Origin: Squalus acanthias | Lineage: Eukaryota | Assembly (NCBI GenBank): GCA_030390025.1 | Contig: CM059453.1 | Location: 3,658,001 to 3,722,000, forward strand | Length of the DNA: 64,000 bases | Reading direction: 5' to 3' | In this document: positions 11,545 to 25,206 of the stretch, in pieces | Layout: the number at the start of each line of letters is the position of its first letter | How positions within the stretch are numbered: position 1 is the first letter of the stretch | Notes under the pieces: generated by a model | Seen by the model: only the letters and a program-made list of their open reading frames with translations | Told to the model about the DNA's origin: nothing | Databases searched by the model: none | Translations under genes and position numbers: made by a program

Positions 11545-14290
11545 GAGAGGGACAGGAATGGCTGTTGGAAGTTCCGGGGTATAGATGTTTCAGTAAGAGT
11601 AGGGAAGTTGGTAAGAAAGGTGGAGGAGTAGCATTGTTAATCAAGGATAGTTTAACAGCGGCAGAAAGGCAGTTCGAGGGGGATCTGCCGTCTGAGGTAA
11701 TATGGGCTGAAGTTAGAAACAGGAAAGGAGCGGTCACGTTGTTAGGAGTTTTCTACAGGCCCCCAAATAGTAATAAAGATGTGGAGGAAGAAATTGCAAA
11801 GCAGATTATGAATAGGTGTGGGGGTCACAGAGTAGTTGTCATGGGTGACTTCAACTTTCCAAATATTGATTGGAACCTTTATAGGTCAAACAGTTCGGAT
11901 GGGATAGTTTTTGCACAGTGTGTGCAGGAGGGTTTCCTGACACAATATGTGGATAGGCCGACAAGAGGTGGGGCCACGTTGGATTTGGTACTGGGTAATG
12001 AACCGGGCCAAGTGTTTGATTTGTATGTGGGAGAGCACTTTGGAGATAGTGACCACAATTCGGTAACTTTCACTATTGCAATGGAGAGGGATAGGGCCAT
12101 ACGGCAGGGCAGGGTTTATAATTGGGGGAGGGGTAATTATGATGCGATTAGGCAAGAATTAGGGAGTATAAGATGGGAACAGAAACTATCAGGGAAAGGC
12201 ACAAACGAAAAGTGGAGCTTTTTCATGGAGCAATTACTGCGTGTCCTTGATAGGTATGTCCCTGTCAGGCAGGGAGGAAATGGCCGAGTGAGAGAACCAT
12301 GGTTCACAAAAGAGGTTGAATGTCTAGTCAAGAGGAAAAAGGAAGCGTATGTAAGGATGAGAAAACAAGGTTCAGTTGGGTCGATTGAGGGGTACAAGGT
12401 AGCAAGGAATGAGCTAAAAAAAAGAGCTTAGGAGAGCTAGGAGGGGGCATGAGAAGTCCTTGGCGGGTCGGATCAAGAAAAACCCCAAGGCTTTTTACTC
12501 TTATGTGAGAAATAAAAGAATGACCAGGGTGAGGGTAGGGCCGGTCAAGGACAGTAGTGGGAACTTGTGCATGGAGTCAGAAGAGATAGGAGAGGTGATG
12601 AATGAATACTTTTCGTCAGTGTTCACCGAGGAGAGGGGCCATGTTCTTGAGGATGAGAGTGTGATAAAGGTGGATAGGCTGGAGGTGGTAGATGTTCTGA
12701 GGGAAGATGTTTTAGCAATTTTGAAGAACCTGAGGGTCGATAAGTCCCCTGGGCCAGATGGGATATATCCTAGGATTCTTTGGGAGGCAAGGGAGGAGAT
12801 TGCAGAGCCTCTGGCTTTGATCTTTGGGTCCTCACTGTCCACGGGTATGGTGCCAGAGGACTGGAGAGTGGCGAATGTTGTTCCTCTCTTCAAGAAAGGA
12901 AATAGGAATGACCCTGGTAATTATAGGCCGGTTAGTCTTACTTCGGTGGTTGGTAAGATAATGGAAAAGGTCCTGAGGGATAGGATTTATGACCATTTGG
13001 AAAGGGGCAACTTAATCAGGGATAGTCAACACGGATTCGTGAAGGGTAAGTCTTGCCTAACAAATTTGATTGAATTCTTTGAGGAGGTAACTAAGTGTGT
13101 AGATGAAGGTAGAGCAGTTGATGTCGTATACATGGATTTTAGTAAGGCGTTTGATAAGGTTCCCCATGGTCGTCTCATGAAGAAAGTAAGGAGTTGTGGG
13201 ATAGAGGGAAATTTGGCCGATTGGATAAGTAACTGGCTATCTCATAGAAGGCAGAGGGTGGTGGTGGATGGAACATTTTCGGACTGGAGACCAGTTACCA
13301 GCGGTGTGCCACAGGGGTCGGTGCTGGGTCCTTTGCTGTTTGTGATTTTTATCAATGACTTGGAGGAGGGGACTGAAGGGTGGATCAGTAAATTTGCTGA
13401 TGACATCAAGATTGGTGGAGCAGTGGATGAGGTGGAGGGCAGTTGTAGGCTGCAAAGAGACATTGATAGGATGGAAAGCTGGGCCGAAAAATGGCAGATG
13501 GAATTTAACCCTGATAAGTGCGAGGTGATTCATTTTGGTAGGGCAAATTTGAATAAGGATTACAGGGTCAACGGCAGGGTTCTGAGGAACGTGGAGGAGC
13601 AGAGGGATCTGGGGGTTCATATCCACAGATCTCTGAAGGTTGCCACTCAAGTGGATAGAGCAGTAAAGAAGGCCTATGGTGTGTTGGCGTTTATTAACAG
13701 AGGGTTTGAGTTTAAGAACCGTGAGGTTATGCTGCAACTGTACAGGACCTTGGTGAGACCACATTTGGAATATTGTGTGCAGTTCTGGTCACCTCACTAT
13801 AGGAAGGACGTGGAAGCATTGGAAAGAGTGCAAAGGAGATTTACCAGGATCCTGCCTGGTTTGGGGGGGAGGTCTTATGAGGAAAGATTGAGGGAGTTGG
13901 GGCTTTTCTCTTTAGAGCGGAGGAGGATGAGAGGCGACTTAATAGAGGTTTATAAGATGATGAGGGGGATAGATAGAGTGGATGTTCAGAGACTATTTCC
14001 TCGGGTAGAGGCAGCTGTTACAAGGGGGCATAACTATAAGGTGCATGGGGCGAGATATAGAAGGGATGTCCGAGGTAGATTCTTTACTCAGAGAGTGGTT
14101 GGTGTGTGGAATGGACTGCCTGCTGTGATAGTGGAGTCGGACACTTTAGGAACTTTCAAGCGGTTATTGGATAAGCACATGGAGCACACCAGAGTGATAG
14201 GGAGTGTGATAGCTTGATCTTGGTCTCGGACAATGCTCGGCACAACATCGAGGGCCGAAGGGCCTGTACTGTGCTGTACTGTTCTATAGA
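11545..14290 (+). mobile_element. 5'-truncated young CR1 LINE: ORF2 endonuclease (11565-12431) and reverse transcriptase (12460-14217)
   Basis: APE motifs YRPP, GDFNFP, LDLVL, SDHN; RT motifs [15 protein letters not shown]; one frameshift at the A8 run 12416-12423; CR1-type 3' tail. Confidence 0.97.
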
Positions 14291-15752
14291 TAGACAATTA
14301 GTGATATCAAGAAACGACTGAATGCACTGGATACAGCTAAGTCTATGGGCACCAAAAACATCCCGGCTTCAGTGCTGAAGACTTGTGCTCCAGAAGTAGC
14401 TGCGCCTCTAGCCAAGCGATACCTTTACAGCTACCACACTGGCACCAATCTGACAAAATGGAACATTGACCAGCTATGTGCTGTCCACAAAAAGCAGGAC
14501 AAATCCAATCCAGCCAACAATGCTATCAAGCGGCACTTATTCACCAATTACCTGCTCACCCATGCTCAGTTTGTATTCCGCAAGTACCACTTAGCTCCAG
14601 ACCTCTGCACAGTCTTGGTCTAAACACGGTCAAAGGAGTTGACATCCAGAGGTGAGGTGAGAGTGACTGCCCTTGACATAAAGGCACTATTTGACCGAGT
14701 GTGGCATCTTTGAACCCAAGTAAAATTGAATTCAATGGTAATCGGGGGAATATCTGCATTGGCTCGAGTCATACCTCGCACGATGGAAGAAGTTTGTGGT
14801 TGTTGGAGGCCAATAATCTTAGCCCCAGGAAATTGCTGCAGGAGTTACTCAGGGCAGTGTCCGACGCCCAAGCATCTTCAGCTGCTTCATCAATGACCTT
14901 CTCTCCTTCATAAGGTCAGAAGTGGGGATGTCCGCTGATGATTTTGCAGTTTTCAGTTCCATCCCCAACTCCTCAGATAATGAAGCAATCCGTCACCAGG
15001 CCTGGCCTGATAAGTCTCAATTAATATTCACGCCACCTAAGTGCCAGACAATGACCAACTCCAACAATAAAAAATCTAAACACCTCCACTTAACATTCAA
15101 CCTCACTACCATCGCACAATCACCCACCATCAACATGCTTGGGTCACAATTTACCAGAATCTTAACTGGAACAGCCACATAAATATAGTGGCTACAAGAG
15201 CAGTTCAGAGCCTGGGTATTCTGCAGCAAGTGACTCACCTGCTGCCTGCCCAAATCCTTCCGACCATCTTCAAGGCACAACTCAGGAGTGTGATGGAATA
15301 CTCTCCACTTGCTTGCATGAGTGCAGCTCCAACAACATTCAAGAAACTCGACATCATCCAGGACAATGCAGCTGCTTGATTGGCACCCCATCCACCACCT
15401 TAAATATTCACTCTTTCCACCACTGGCGCAACGTAGCTGCATGTATAACATTTAAAAGATGCACTGAAGCAACTCGCCAAGGCTTCCTCGACTTCACCTC
15501 CCAAATCCGCGACCTCTACCACCCAGAGGAACAAGGGAGCAGGCGCATATGAACACCACCAACCCCAAATTTCCCTCGAAGTTACACACCATCCTGACTT
15601 GGAAATATGTCGTCGTTCCTTCATCGTCGCTTGGTCAAAATGCTGGAACTCCCTCCCTAACAGAACTGTGGGATTACCTTCAGCACACGGATTGCAGCTG
15701 TTCAGGAAGATGGCCCACCGCCACCTTCTCAAGAGCAATTAGGGATGGGCAA

Positions 15753-17901
15753 CTCTCCGATACCTCTTCCTACCTCCACCTGGACCATGACCCCACTACC
15801 GAACATCAAGCCACTGTGTCCAAGACTGTCACTGACCTCATCTCCTCTGGAGATCTTCCCCCCACGGCCGCCAACCTCATAGTTCCCCAACCCCGCACAG
15901 CCCGCTTCTACCTCCTTCGCAAGATCCACAAACAGGACTGCCCCGGTAGACCCATCGTTTCAGCCTGTTCTTGCCCCACGGAACTTATCTCTTCCTATCT
16001 CGACTCTATTTTTTCTCCCCATGTCCAGTCTCTTCCCACCGACATCCGCGACTCTTCTGATGCCCTCCGGCATTTTAACAGTTTCCAGTTTCCCGGCCCC
16101 AACCGTCTCCTCTTCACGATGGACGTACAATCCCTCTACACCTCCATTCCCCACCAGGATGGCCTGAGGGCGCTCCGCTTCTTCCTTGAACAGAGGCCCA
16201 ACCAGTCCCCATCCACCACCACCCTCCTCCGCCTGGCTGAACTTGTTCTCACTTTGAACAACCTCTCCTTTGACTCTACCCATTTCCTCCAAATTAAAGG
16301 TGTTGCTATGGGTACCCGCATGGGTCCTAGCTATGCCTGCCTTTTCGTGCGATATGTGGAACACTCTTTGTTCCAGTCCTACTCGGGTCCCCTCCCTCAC
16401 CTCTTTTTCCGGTACATTGATGACTGTATCGGTGCCGTCTCCTGCTCTCGCCCTGAACTAGAACATTTCATTCACTATGCTTCCAATTTCCACCCTTCCC
16501 TCACCTTCACATGGTCCATCTCCAACTCTTCCCTTCCCTTCCTCGACTTCTCCATCTCCATCTCTGGGGATAGGTTATTGACTAACATTCACTACAAGCC
16601 CACTGACTCCCACAGCTAACTGGACTACACTTCCTCCCACCCCGACTCCTGTAAGGACTCTATTCCATTCTCCCAGTTTCTCCGTCTCCGCCGCATCTGC
16701 TCTGATGATGCCACCTTCCATACCAGTGCTTCCGACATGTCTTCCTTTTTCCTCAACCGAGGATTCCCCTCTACCGTGGTCGACACGGCCCTCGACCGTG
16801 TCCGTTCTATCTCCTGCACTTCTGCCCTCACCCCTGCCCCTCCCTCCCGGAACCACGATAGGGTTCCCCTTGTCCTCACCTTTCACCCAACCAGCCTCCA
16901 CATTCACGGATCATCCTCCGCCATTTCCGCCACCTCCAGCGTGATCCCACCACCAAATGCATCTTCCCCTCACCTCCACTTTCAGCATTCCGCAGGGACC
17001 GCTCCCTCCGCGACACCCTAGTCCACTCCTTTACCACCCCCAGCACCCCTTCCCCTCCGCCCGGCACCTTCCCGTGCACGCGCAGGAGATGCAACACATG
17101 CCCTTATACCTCCCCTCTTCCCACTGTCCGGGGCTCCAAACACCCCTTCCAGGTGAAACAGCGATTTACTTGTACTTCCTGCAATTTAGTATACTGTATT
17201 CGCTGCTCACGATGTGGTCTCCTCTACATTGGGGAGACCAAACGCAGATTTGGTGACCGCTTTGCGCAACATCTCCGTTCAGTCCGTAAGGGGGACCCCG
17301 AGCTCCCGGTCGCCTGTCACTTTAATTCACCGCTTCACTCCCACTCTGACCTCACCGTCCTCGGCCTATTACACTGTTCCACGGAAGCGCAGCGTAAGCT
17401 CGAGGAACAGCACCTCATCTTTCGTTTAGGCACGCTACAGCCCTCTGGAATCAACATCGAGTTCAACAATTTTAGATCATAACCTCAGCTCCAATCACAT
17501 TTATACTTTATTTTTTCATTCACCCTTTTATTTGCCCCCCCCCCCAACTTTTTTTTTCCTCCTAGAAGCTGGCAGCTGTCCTTCATTCTGCCAGTGGATT
17601 TCACACTTCTTTCAGCCTTAACCTGTCACATTAACACCACCTCTTGCCTCGCATATCTCTTAATGTCTCTTAATGTCTCTTTATCTCCCCCTTTGTTCCT
17701 TTATCCCCTCCCCCTTTTCCCAGCTTTATCCTGGCCTTGAATCTATTTGATTTCCGGCTCTTTCCAGTTCTGACAAAAGGTCATCGACCTGAAACGTTAA
17801 CTCTCTTTCTCGCTCCACGGATGTGGTCTGGCCTAATGAGTTTTTCCAGCGTTTTCTGTTGTTATTTCGGATTTCCAGCATTCGCAGTATTTTGCTATCG
17901 T
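15753..17901 (+). mobile_element. Penelope-like element: RT plus GIY-YIG endonuclease, 5' truncated, 8-bp TSD
   Basis: RT motifs PGRPIVS, MDVQSLYTSIP, GVAMGTRMGPSYA, RYIDD; endonuclease NLVYCIRCSRCGLLYIGETKR (17153-17482); stop at 16617-16619 and a frameshift near 16905; ATGGGCAA at 15745-15752 and 17902-17909. Confidence 0.95.
17766..17802 (+). ncRNA. Minimal hammerhead-ribozyme-like motif in the Penelope terminal repeat (core variant CUGACAA)
   Basis: AGTT-CTGACAA-A-AGGTC-ATC-GACCT-GAAAC-GTT-AACT: stem I AGTT/AACT, stem II AGGTC/GACCT, palindromic AACGTT stem III. Confidence 0.6.
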
Positions 17902-18974
17902 ATGGGCAATAAATGCTGGCCTTGCAAATGAAGCCCAATTCCCGTCAAGGAAAAAAATAAGGTAGATAGTTAGACATGTAGGCAGATAGGCAAATTGATA
18001 GTTAGGCAGTCAGATAGACAGACAACATTCTCGACATAATGTTTATCAGCCATAAATAAACTTTTCAAAGTCTCAAAGTATACATAAAGAGAAAAAGACA
18101 GGTAATCATTTAATACCGGATTCTTGTGACCTGGACTGGGAGATTCACAACCACGCACCCATCTGCAAACTTGCTTCCCTCACCAACAACAATTAATTTT
18201 ACTTTAATCTTTGGATCGCCAATCCATAGCAACTAACCTTTCTAGGCTTAAAGGCACAGGCCTGGTTCAACATAGCTTCACCCTAGTACAGGTAAAATAC
18301 ATTGTCTATTTTATTTTGTAATGCATCTGTTATTCAAAAGAAAGATATTGACCTGGAGTTTTTGGTGGGTTATGATGGTGAACTTTCATCTTTCGTCATC
18401 ATTACCCCTCTGAATCTGACTGCAAGTTCAGGATATAGCACATGCGCATCTAAACGCGGAAATCCTGAAGTTGCGGTCCGTCATCCACTGTCGGACACTG
18501 GCTACACTTTGGAAAGCCCACCCCCCATATCCATCAATCAGTGTATTATGCTTTTCCACGCTAATATCGCTGTTAAGTACCCCATTAAATCTACAGCGTT
18601 GTTAGAATAGATGCAATTGTGGTTTTAACAGCATATTGATGGCTAAACAACCGTTCTGTCCCTGAAAACTAAGTTTTTCATTTGTATACTTTCAAAATTG
18701 TCCATTAGGATAAAAATTAAATTTTTTTCAAACTATATATATTTTTAAGTTAATTCATGATATTTCAGCTTCTACCTTATCCCCATGTGAAAGTCCCACC
18801 TTTTATGTCGCTCTCTGTAAACTGTTTTAAATGTGCAGATAAAAGTTGCTTTTCATTTCCTGGTTTGCTGTCTGTGAGTATTCTTCAATGCGATTGACGG
18901 TTTAGAAAGCTTGTTGAAGTCACAGCAGCACTGCGATAGGGATTCCCATTACACAGCGCTACAATGAATTACAT

Positions 18975-19528
18975 AACATAAGAACATAAGAAATAGGTGC
19001 CGGAATAGGCCATTTGGCCCGTCGAGCCTGCTCCGCCATTCAATAAGATCATGGCTGCTCTTCGACCTCATCTTCACTTTCTTGCACTATCCCCATATCC
19101 CTTGATTCCCTTAATATTCAAAAATCTGTCAATCTCTGTCTTGACTATACTCAACGACTGAGCTTCCACAGCCCTCTCAGGTAGAGAATTCCAAAGATTC
19201 AGCACTCTCTGAGTGAAGAAATGTCTCCTCATCTCAGTCCTAAATGGCCGACCCCTTATTCTGAGACTGTTACCCTTGGTATTAGACTCCCCAGCCAGGG
19301 GACACATCCTTCCTTATTCTACCCTGTCTTGCGCTATAAGAATTTTGTATGTTTCAATGAGATCACCTCTCATTCCTCTAAACTCCAGAGAATATAGGCC
19401 TAGTCTAGTCAATCTCTCCTCAAAGGACAGCCCCCCATCCCAGGAACCAGTCTGGTGAACCTTCGTTGCACACCCTGTATTGCAAGTATATCCTTCCTTA
19501 AGTGAGGAGACCAAAACTGTACACAATT
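18975..19528 (-). mobile_element. CR1 LINE 3' fragment
   Basis: CVQFWSPHLRKDIL and LGLYSLEFRGMRGDLIE peptides; (aacataag) tail. Confidence 0.88.
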
Positions 19529-19901
19529 GCACGTCGAGAATGGCAAACACCTCCACACAGACATCTCCAGATCTCTGTGGGAAGTTTCATCGGGCCCAGC
19601 TGCAAGCGCCTTTGCTTCGCCTCTGACCGCAAATTGCGTGCCATTGCATATTTCAAACAAAGAAGAAAGACGAAGGTGCAGCGCCATGTCAACTCAAGAT
19701 TCACACATTGTACAATAGGAAAATGTCCAGCAAATCGGATGCAAACAAAAGAAAATTAAATATCACTAAGCACTATACTGTTGCGTGCAAGAACAGATTT
19801 TGTTTGGCAATACTGTGGGATGACAGAGATTTCATTTCATACTTGGTAAAGAAACATTGCAGGATAAGAATCCTCGTGACTCGTCTATATTAATCAGCAT
19901 T

Positions 19902-22900
19902 TAGAATCATAGAATCATAGAAGATAGGAGCAGGAGTAGGCCATTCGGCCCCTCGAGCCTGTTCCGCCATTCAAAGCGATCATGGCTGAGCTTACACATT
20001 CAGTACCCTGTACCTGCTTTCTCCCCATACCCCTTGATCCCTTTAGCCTTAAGAAATATATCCAACTCCTTCTAGAATCTATTTAATGAACTGGCCTCTA
20101 CTTCCTTCTGTGGCAAAGAATTCCACAGGTTCACCATTCTCTGGGTGAAGAAATTCCTCCACAGTTCTGTCCCAAATGGCTTACCCATTATCCTTAGACT
20201 GTGACCCCTGGTTCTGGACTCCCCGACCATCGGGAACATCCTTCCTGCATCTAGTTTGTCCTGTCCTGTCAGAATTTTATAAGTTTCAATGAGATCCCCT
20301 CTCATTCTTCTAAACTCCAGCGAGTATAATCCCAATCGATCCAATCTCTCTTCATACGCCATTCCTGCCATCCCAGGTATCAGCCTTGTGAATCTTCGCT
20401 GCACTCCTTCCATGGCAAGAACATCCTTCCTCAGATAAGGCGACCAAAACTGCACACAGTACTCAAGGTGTGGTCTCACCAAGACCCTGTACAACTGCAG
20501 CAAGACATCCTTGTTCCTGTACTCAAACCCTCTCGCTATGAAGGCCTACATACCATTTGCCTTCTTAACCGCCTGCTGCACCTGCATGCTTACCTTCAGC
20601 GACTGGTGCACAAGGATACCCAGGTCTCGTTGCACTTCCCCTTCTCCCAATCTATTGCCATTCAGATAAAAATCTGCCTTCCTGTTTTTGACACCAAAGT
20701 GGATAACCTCGCATTGATCCACGTTATATTGCATCTGCCACCCTTTTGCCCATTCACCCAACCTGTCCAAATCATCCTGGAGTTTCTCGGCATCCTCATC
20801 GCAGCACACACGCCCACCCAGTATTGTGTCGTCTGGAACCTTGGAGATCATTAATATATATTGTGAATAGCTGGGGTCCAAGGACCGACCCCTGCGGTAG
20901 CCCACTAGTAACTGCCTGCCACTCGGAAAAAGACCCGTTTATTCCAACTCTTTGCTTTCTGTCTGCCAAACAGTTCTCTATCACAAGTCAATACCTTGCC
21001 CCCAATCCCATGTGCCTTAACTTTACACGCTAATCTCTTATGCGGGACCTTATCAAAAGCCTTTTGGAAGTCCAAATACACCACATCCACTGGTTCTCCC
21101 TTATCTATTTTACCAGTTACATCCTCAAAAAATTCAAATAGATTAGTCAAGCATGATTTACCTTTTGTAAATCCATGTTGACTTTGTCCGATCCTGTCAC
21201 TGTTTTACAAGTGCTCAGCTATTACATCTTTTATAATGGACTCTAGTATTTTCCCCACTACCGATGTGTGTAATTCCCCGTTTTCTCTCTACCACCCTTC
21301 TTGAATAGTGGGGTAACATTAGCTACCATCCAATCCATGGGTACTGTTCCAGATTCCATCGAATGTTGGAAGATGATCAGCAATGCATCTACTATTTCTA
21401 GGTCCACTTCCTTAAGTACCCTAGGATGTAGATTATCAGGCCCTGGGGGTTTAACTGCCTTCAATCCCTTCAATTTCCCGAACACCATTTCCCTACAAAT
21501 ACTGATTTATTTTAGTTCCTCCCTTTCATCAGACGCTATGTTCCCCAATATCTCTGGGAGGTTATTTGTGTCCTCCTTTATGAAGACAGAACTAAAATAT
21601 GTATTTAATTAGTCTGACATTTCTTTGTTCCCCATTATAAGTTCCCCTGATTCTGACTGCAAGGGACTTATGCTTGATTTCACTAATCTTTTTCTCTTCA
21701 CATATCTATAAAAGCTTTTACAGTCAGTTTTTTATGTTCCCTGCAAGCTTACTCTCATATTCTATTTCCCCCTTCTTAATTAATCCCTTTGTCCTCCTTT
21801 GTTGAATCTTAAACTGCTCCCAATCCTCAGGGTTCCTGCTTTTTCTGGCCAATTGATATGCCCTCTCCTTGGATCTTATGCTATCCCTAATTTCCCGTGT
21901 TAGCCACGGTTGAGTCACCCTTTTTGTTTTATTCTTGTGCCAAACTGGGATGAACATATTCTGTAGTTCGTCCATGTGGTCTTTGAATGTTTGCCATTGC
22001 CTATCTACCGTCAACCTTTTGAGTGGCAGTCCCCAATCAATCCTACCCAACTTGCACCTCATACCATCGTAGTTTCCTTTATTTAAATTCAGGACCCTAG
22101 TCTCTGAGTCAACTACTTCACTCTCCATCCTAATGAAGAATTCTATCATATTATGATCGCTCCGACCCAAGGGGCCTCGCACAACATGATTGCTAATTAA
22201 TCCTTTCTCATTGCATAATGCCCAGTCTAAGATGGCCTGATCTCTGGTTGATTCCACGACATATTGGTCCAGGAAACCATCCCATAAACACTCCAGGAAT
22301 TCCTCCTCCATAGTGTTGTTACTAATTTGGTTAGCCCAATCTATATGTAGATTTAAGAAAACCATGATGACTGCTGTGTCCTTATTGCACGCTTCTCTAA
22401 TTTCCCTTTTAATGCCATCCCCAACCTCCGCATTACTGTTTGGTGGTCTATATATCACTCCGACTAAAGTTTTCTGCCCCTTGTTATTTCTCAGTTCAAC
22501 CCATACAGATTCCACATCATCAGAGCTAATATCATTCCTTTCAATTGTGTTAATCCCCTCTTTAACCAGAAATGCTACCCCAACTCCATTTCCTTTTTGC
22601 CTATCTTTCCTGAATATTCAGTACCCCTGGATGTTGAGCTCCCAGCCTTGGACAACCTGGAGCCATGTTTCGGTAATCCCAATCAAATCATATTTGTTTA
22701 CCTCTATTTGCGCAGCTAATTCATCCACCTTGTTCCGAATGCTCATTGCTTTAAGACACAAAGCCTTCAGGTTTGTTTTATTAACGCTCTTAGACATATT
22801 AGAATCAGGATTTACTGTGGCCATGTTTGATTTAAACCGTTGTTTTCTCTGACTGCGATTTCTGTTTTTCTCCTTCCTATCTTTTGCTTTTATCCTTGTT

Positions 22901-22935
22901 TCCCTTTCCTCTGTCTCCCTGCTCAGGTTCCCAAA
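19902..22935 (-). mobile_element. CR1 LINE ORF2 (EN plus RT, frameshifted)
   Basis: ORF fragments 22618-23124, 21724-22515, 21258-21488, 20905-21150, 20546-20905 and 20072-20503 with APE/RT motifs; (agaatcat) tail. Confidence 0.93.
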
Positions 22936-22939
22936 AATC

Positions 22940-24510
22940 GACAGCAGGAGTAGACCAATCGGCCCCTCGAGCCTGCTTCGCCATTCAATGAGATCATGGC
23001 TGATCTGATCAAACCTCAACTCTAAAGAACACAAGAAGTAGGAGCAGGACCAGGCCACTCGGACCCTGGGCCCGCTCCGCCACCCACAGGGCCTTGACCG
23101 ATCCGAACTCAAACTCATGTCCAATTTCCAGCCCGCTCCCCGTAACCCCTGATTCCCTTTACTTCTAGGAAACGGTCTATTTCTGTTTTAAATTTATTTA
23201 ATGAAGTAGCTTCCACAGCTTCCTGGGGTAGCAAATTCCACAGACCCACTACCCTCTGAGTGAAAAAGTTTCCCCTCATCTCAATTTTGAAAGAGCAGCC
23301 CCTTATTCTAAGATTCTGTCCCCTAGTTCTAGTTTCACCCATCATTGAGAACATCCTCACCGCGTCCACCCGATCAAGCCCCTTCACAATCTTATATGTT
23401 TCAATAAGATCGCCTCTCATTCTTCTGAACTCCAATGAGTAGAGTCCCACTCTACTCAACCTCTCCTCGTATGTCCACCCCCTCATCCCCGGAATTAACC
23501 GAGTGAACCTTCTTTGTACTGCCTCGAGAGCAAGTATGTCTTTTCTTAAGTATGGACACCAAAACTGTATGCAGTACTCCAGGTGCGGTCTCACCAATAC
23601 CCTATACAACTGCAGCAATGCCTCCCTGTTTTTATATTCTATCCCCCTAGCAATAAAAGCCAACATTCCATTGGCTTTCTTGATCAGCTGCTGCACCTGC
23701 ATACTAACTTTTTGATTTTCTTGCACCAAGACCCCCAGATCCCTTTGTAATGCAGTACTTTCCAGTTTCTCGCCATTAAGATAATAACTTGCTCTCTGAT
23801 ATTTCCTGCCAAAGTGCATAACTTCACATTTTCCAATATTGTATTGCATCTGCCAAATCTCTGCCCACTCACCCAGCCTGTCTATATCCCCTTGTAGGTT
23901 TTTTATGTCCTCCTCACTCTCTACTTTCCCTCCCTTCTTTGTATCATCTGCAAACTTTGATATGTTACACTCGGTCCCCTCCTCCAAATCGTTAATATAG
24001 ATTGTAAAGAGTTGGGGACCCAGCACCGACCCCTGCGGAACATCACTGGCTACTGGTTGCCAGTCCAAGAATGAACCATTTATCCCAACTCTCTGCTTCC
24101 TGTTAGATAACCAATCCTCCACCCATGCCAGAATATTATCCCCAATCCAGTGATTTTTTATCTTGAGTAATAATCTTTTATGTGGCAACTTGTCGAATGC
24201 CTTCCGGAAGTCTAAATACACTACATCCACTTGTTCCCCTTTATCCACCCTGTACGTTACGTCCTCAAAGAACTCGAGCAAATTTGTCAGACATGACTTC
24301 CCCTTCATAAAGCCATGCTGACTTTGTTCTATTAAATTATGTTTATCTAAATGTTCCGTTACTGTCTCCTTAATAATAGACTCCAAAATTTCACCCACCA
24401 CAGATGTTAGGCTCAGTGGTCTATAATTTCCAGCCTTCTGCCTACAACCCTTTTTAAATAAGGGTGTTACATTAGCAGTTTTCCAATCTGCTGGGACCTT
24501 TGCTGAGTTC
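22940..24510 (-). mobile_element. Young CR1 LINE, 3' part of RT (open 428 aa)
   Basis: ORF 23115-24401 with PQGSVLGP and KFADDTK; extended 3' tail shared with 53247-54632. Confidence 0.95.
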
Positions 24511-25206
24511 AGGGAGTTTTGCTTTTCTTAATCCCCATCCCGCACCTCCCACCACCCACACAGACACATACATACAACTTTCCCCTTTCTCCAGAATAGA
24601 CCTCACATTTTCTTATTAAGAACTCCCAGACTTCGGCATAGAAATCAGTCTTGGCGGTAACGCTCAACCTGCAGTATCCCGTCAGCTGCCTGTTACACCC
24701 CTCCCTCCCCCGCCCCCCCTCCCACACACACACATATGATATTCCGTTTTATTGAAGTCAAAGGAACTGATATTTTAAAATTCATTCATGGGTTATTGGC
24801 ATCGCTGGCAAGGCCGGCATTTATTGCCCATCCGCAAATTGCCCTTGGTGGTGGTGAGCCGCCTTCTTGAACTGCTGCAGTCCGTGTGGTGACGGTACTC
24901 CCACAGTGCTGTTAGCGAGCGAGTTCCAGGGTGTTGACCCAACGAGGATGAAGGAACGGCGATACATTTCCAAGTCAGGATGGTGTGTGACTTGGAGGGG
25001 ACCTTGGAGGTGGTGGTGTTCCCATGCGCCTGCTGCCCTAGGTTGTAGAGGTAACGGTTTGGGCAGGAAGTAAAAAGGGCTGCCAATTCGCTTTGAGACC
25101 ATTTCTATCTGATGGTGTGGACCAATTTCACCCCATTACATTAAGGAGAGCTACACAGCACGCAGGTAGGATGCTGATATTGCCACTTTTGGCTCCAGTG
25201 TCTCAC

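Larger units (their letters stand above)
14295..17960 (+). mobile_element. Decayed LINE of a second CR1/L2-group family; its 3' tail is interrupted by Penelope
   Basis: RT remnants NIPASVLKTCAPE, VHKKQDKSNPAN, SADD, SVMEYSPLA; tail gcaattagggatgggcaa|...|atgggcaataaatgctggcc resumes after 17901. Confidence 0.8.

Noticed and set aside
15549-16619. 356-aa ORF as a novel fusion protein
   Set aside because: The first ~68 aa come from a LINE 3' tail joined by chance to the 5'-truncated Penelope RT at the TSD.
18238-18282. Possible 45-nt minus-strand exon (tag|GGTGAA...AAG|gttagt, GEAMLNQACAFKPRK)
   Set aside because: Open in phase 0, but gives an immediate TGA when joined to the phase-1 upstream donor; no homology support.
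19530-19900. Non-repetitive-looking island between two CR1s with several short ORFs
   Set aside because: No recognisable domain, TM segment or convincing splice-site pair; origin unresolved.
24509-24733. Candidate TM or linker exon downstream of Ig exon 8 (gcag|...AAAT|gtgagg)
   Set aside because: Poor pyrimidine tract, a stop in phase 1 and no hydrophobic stretch.
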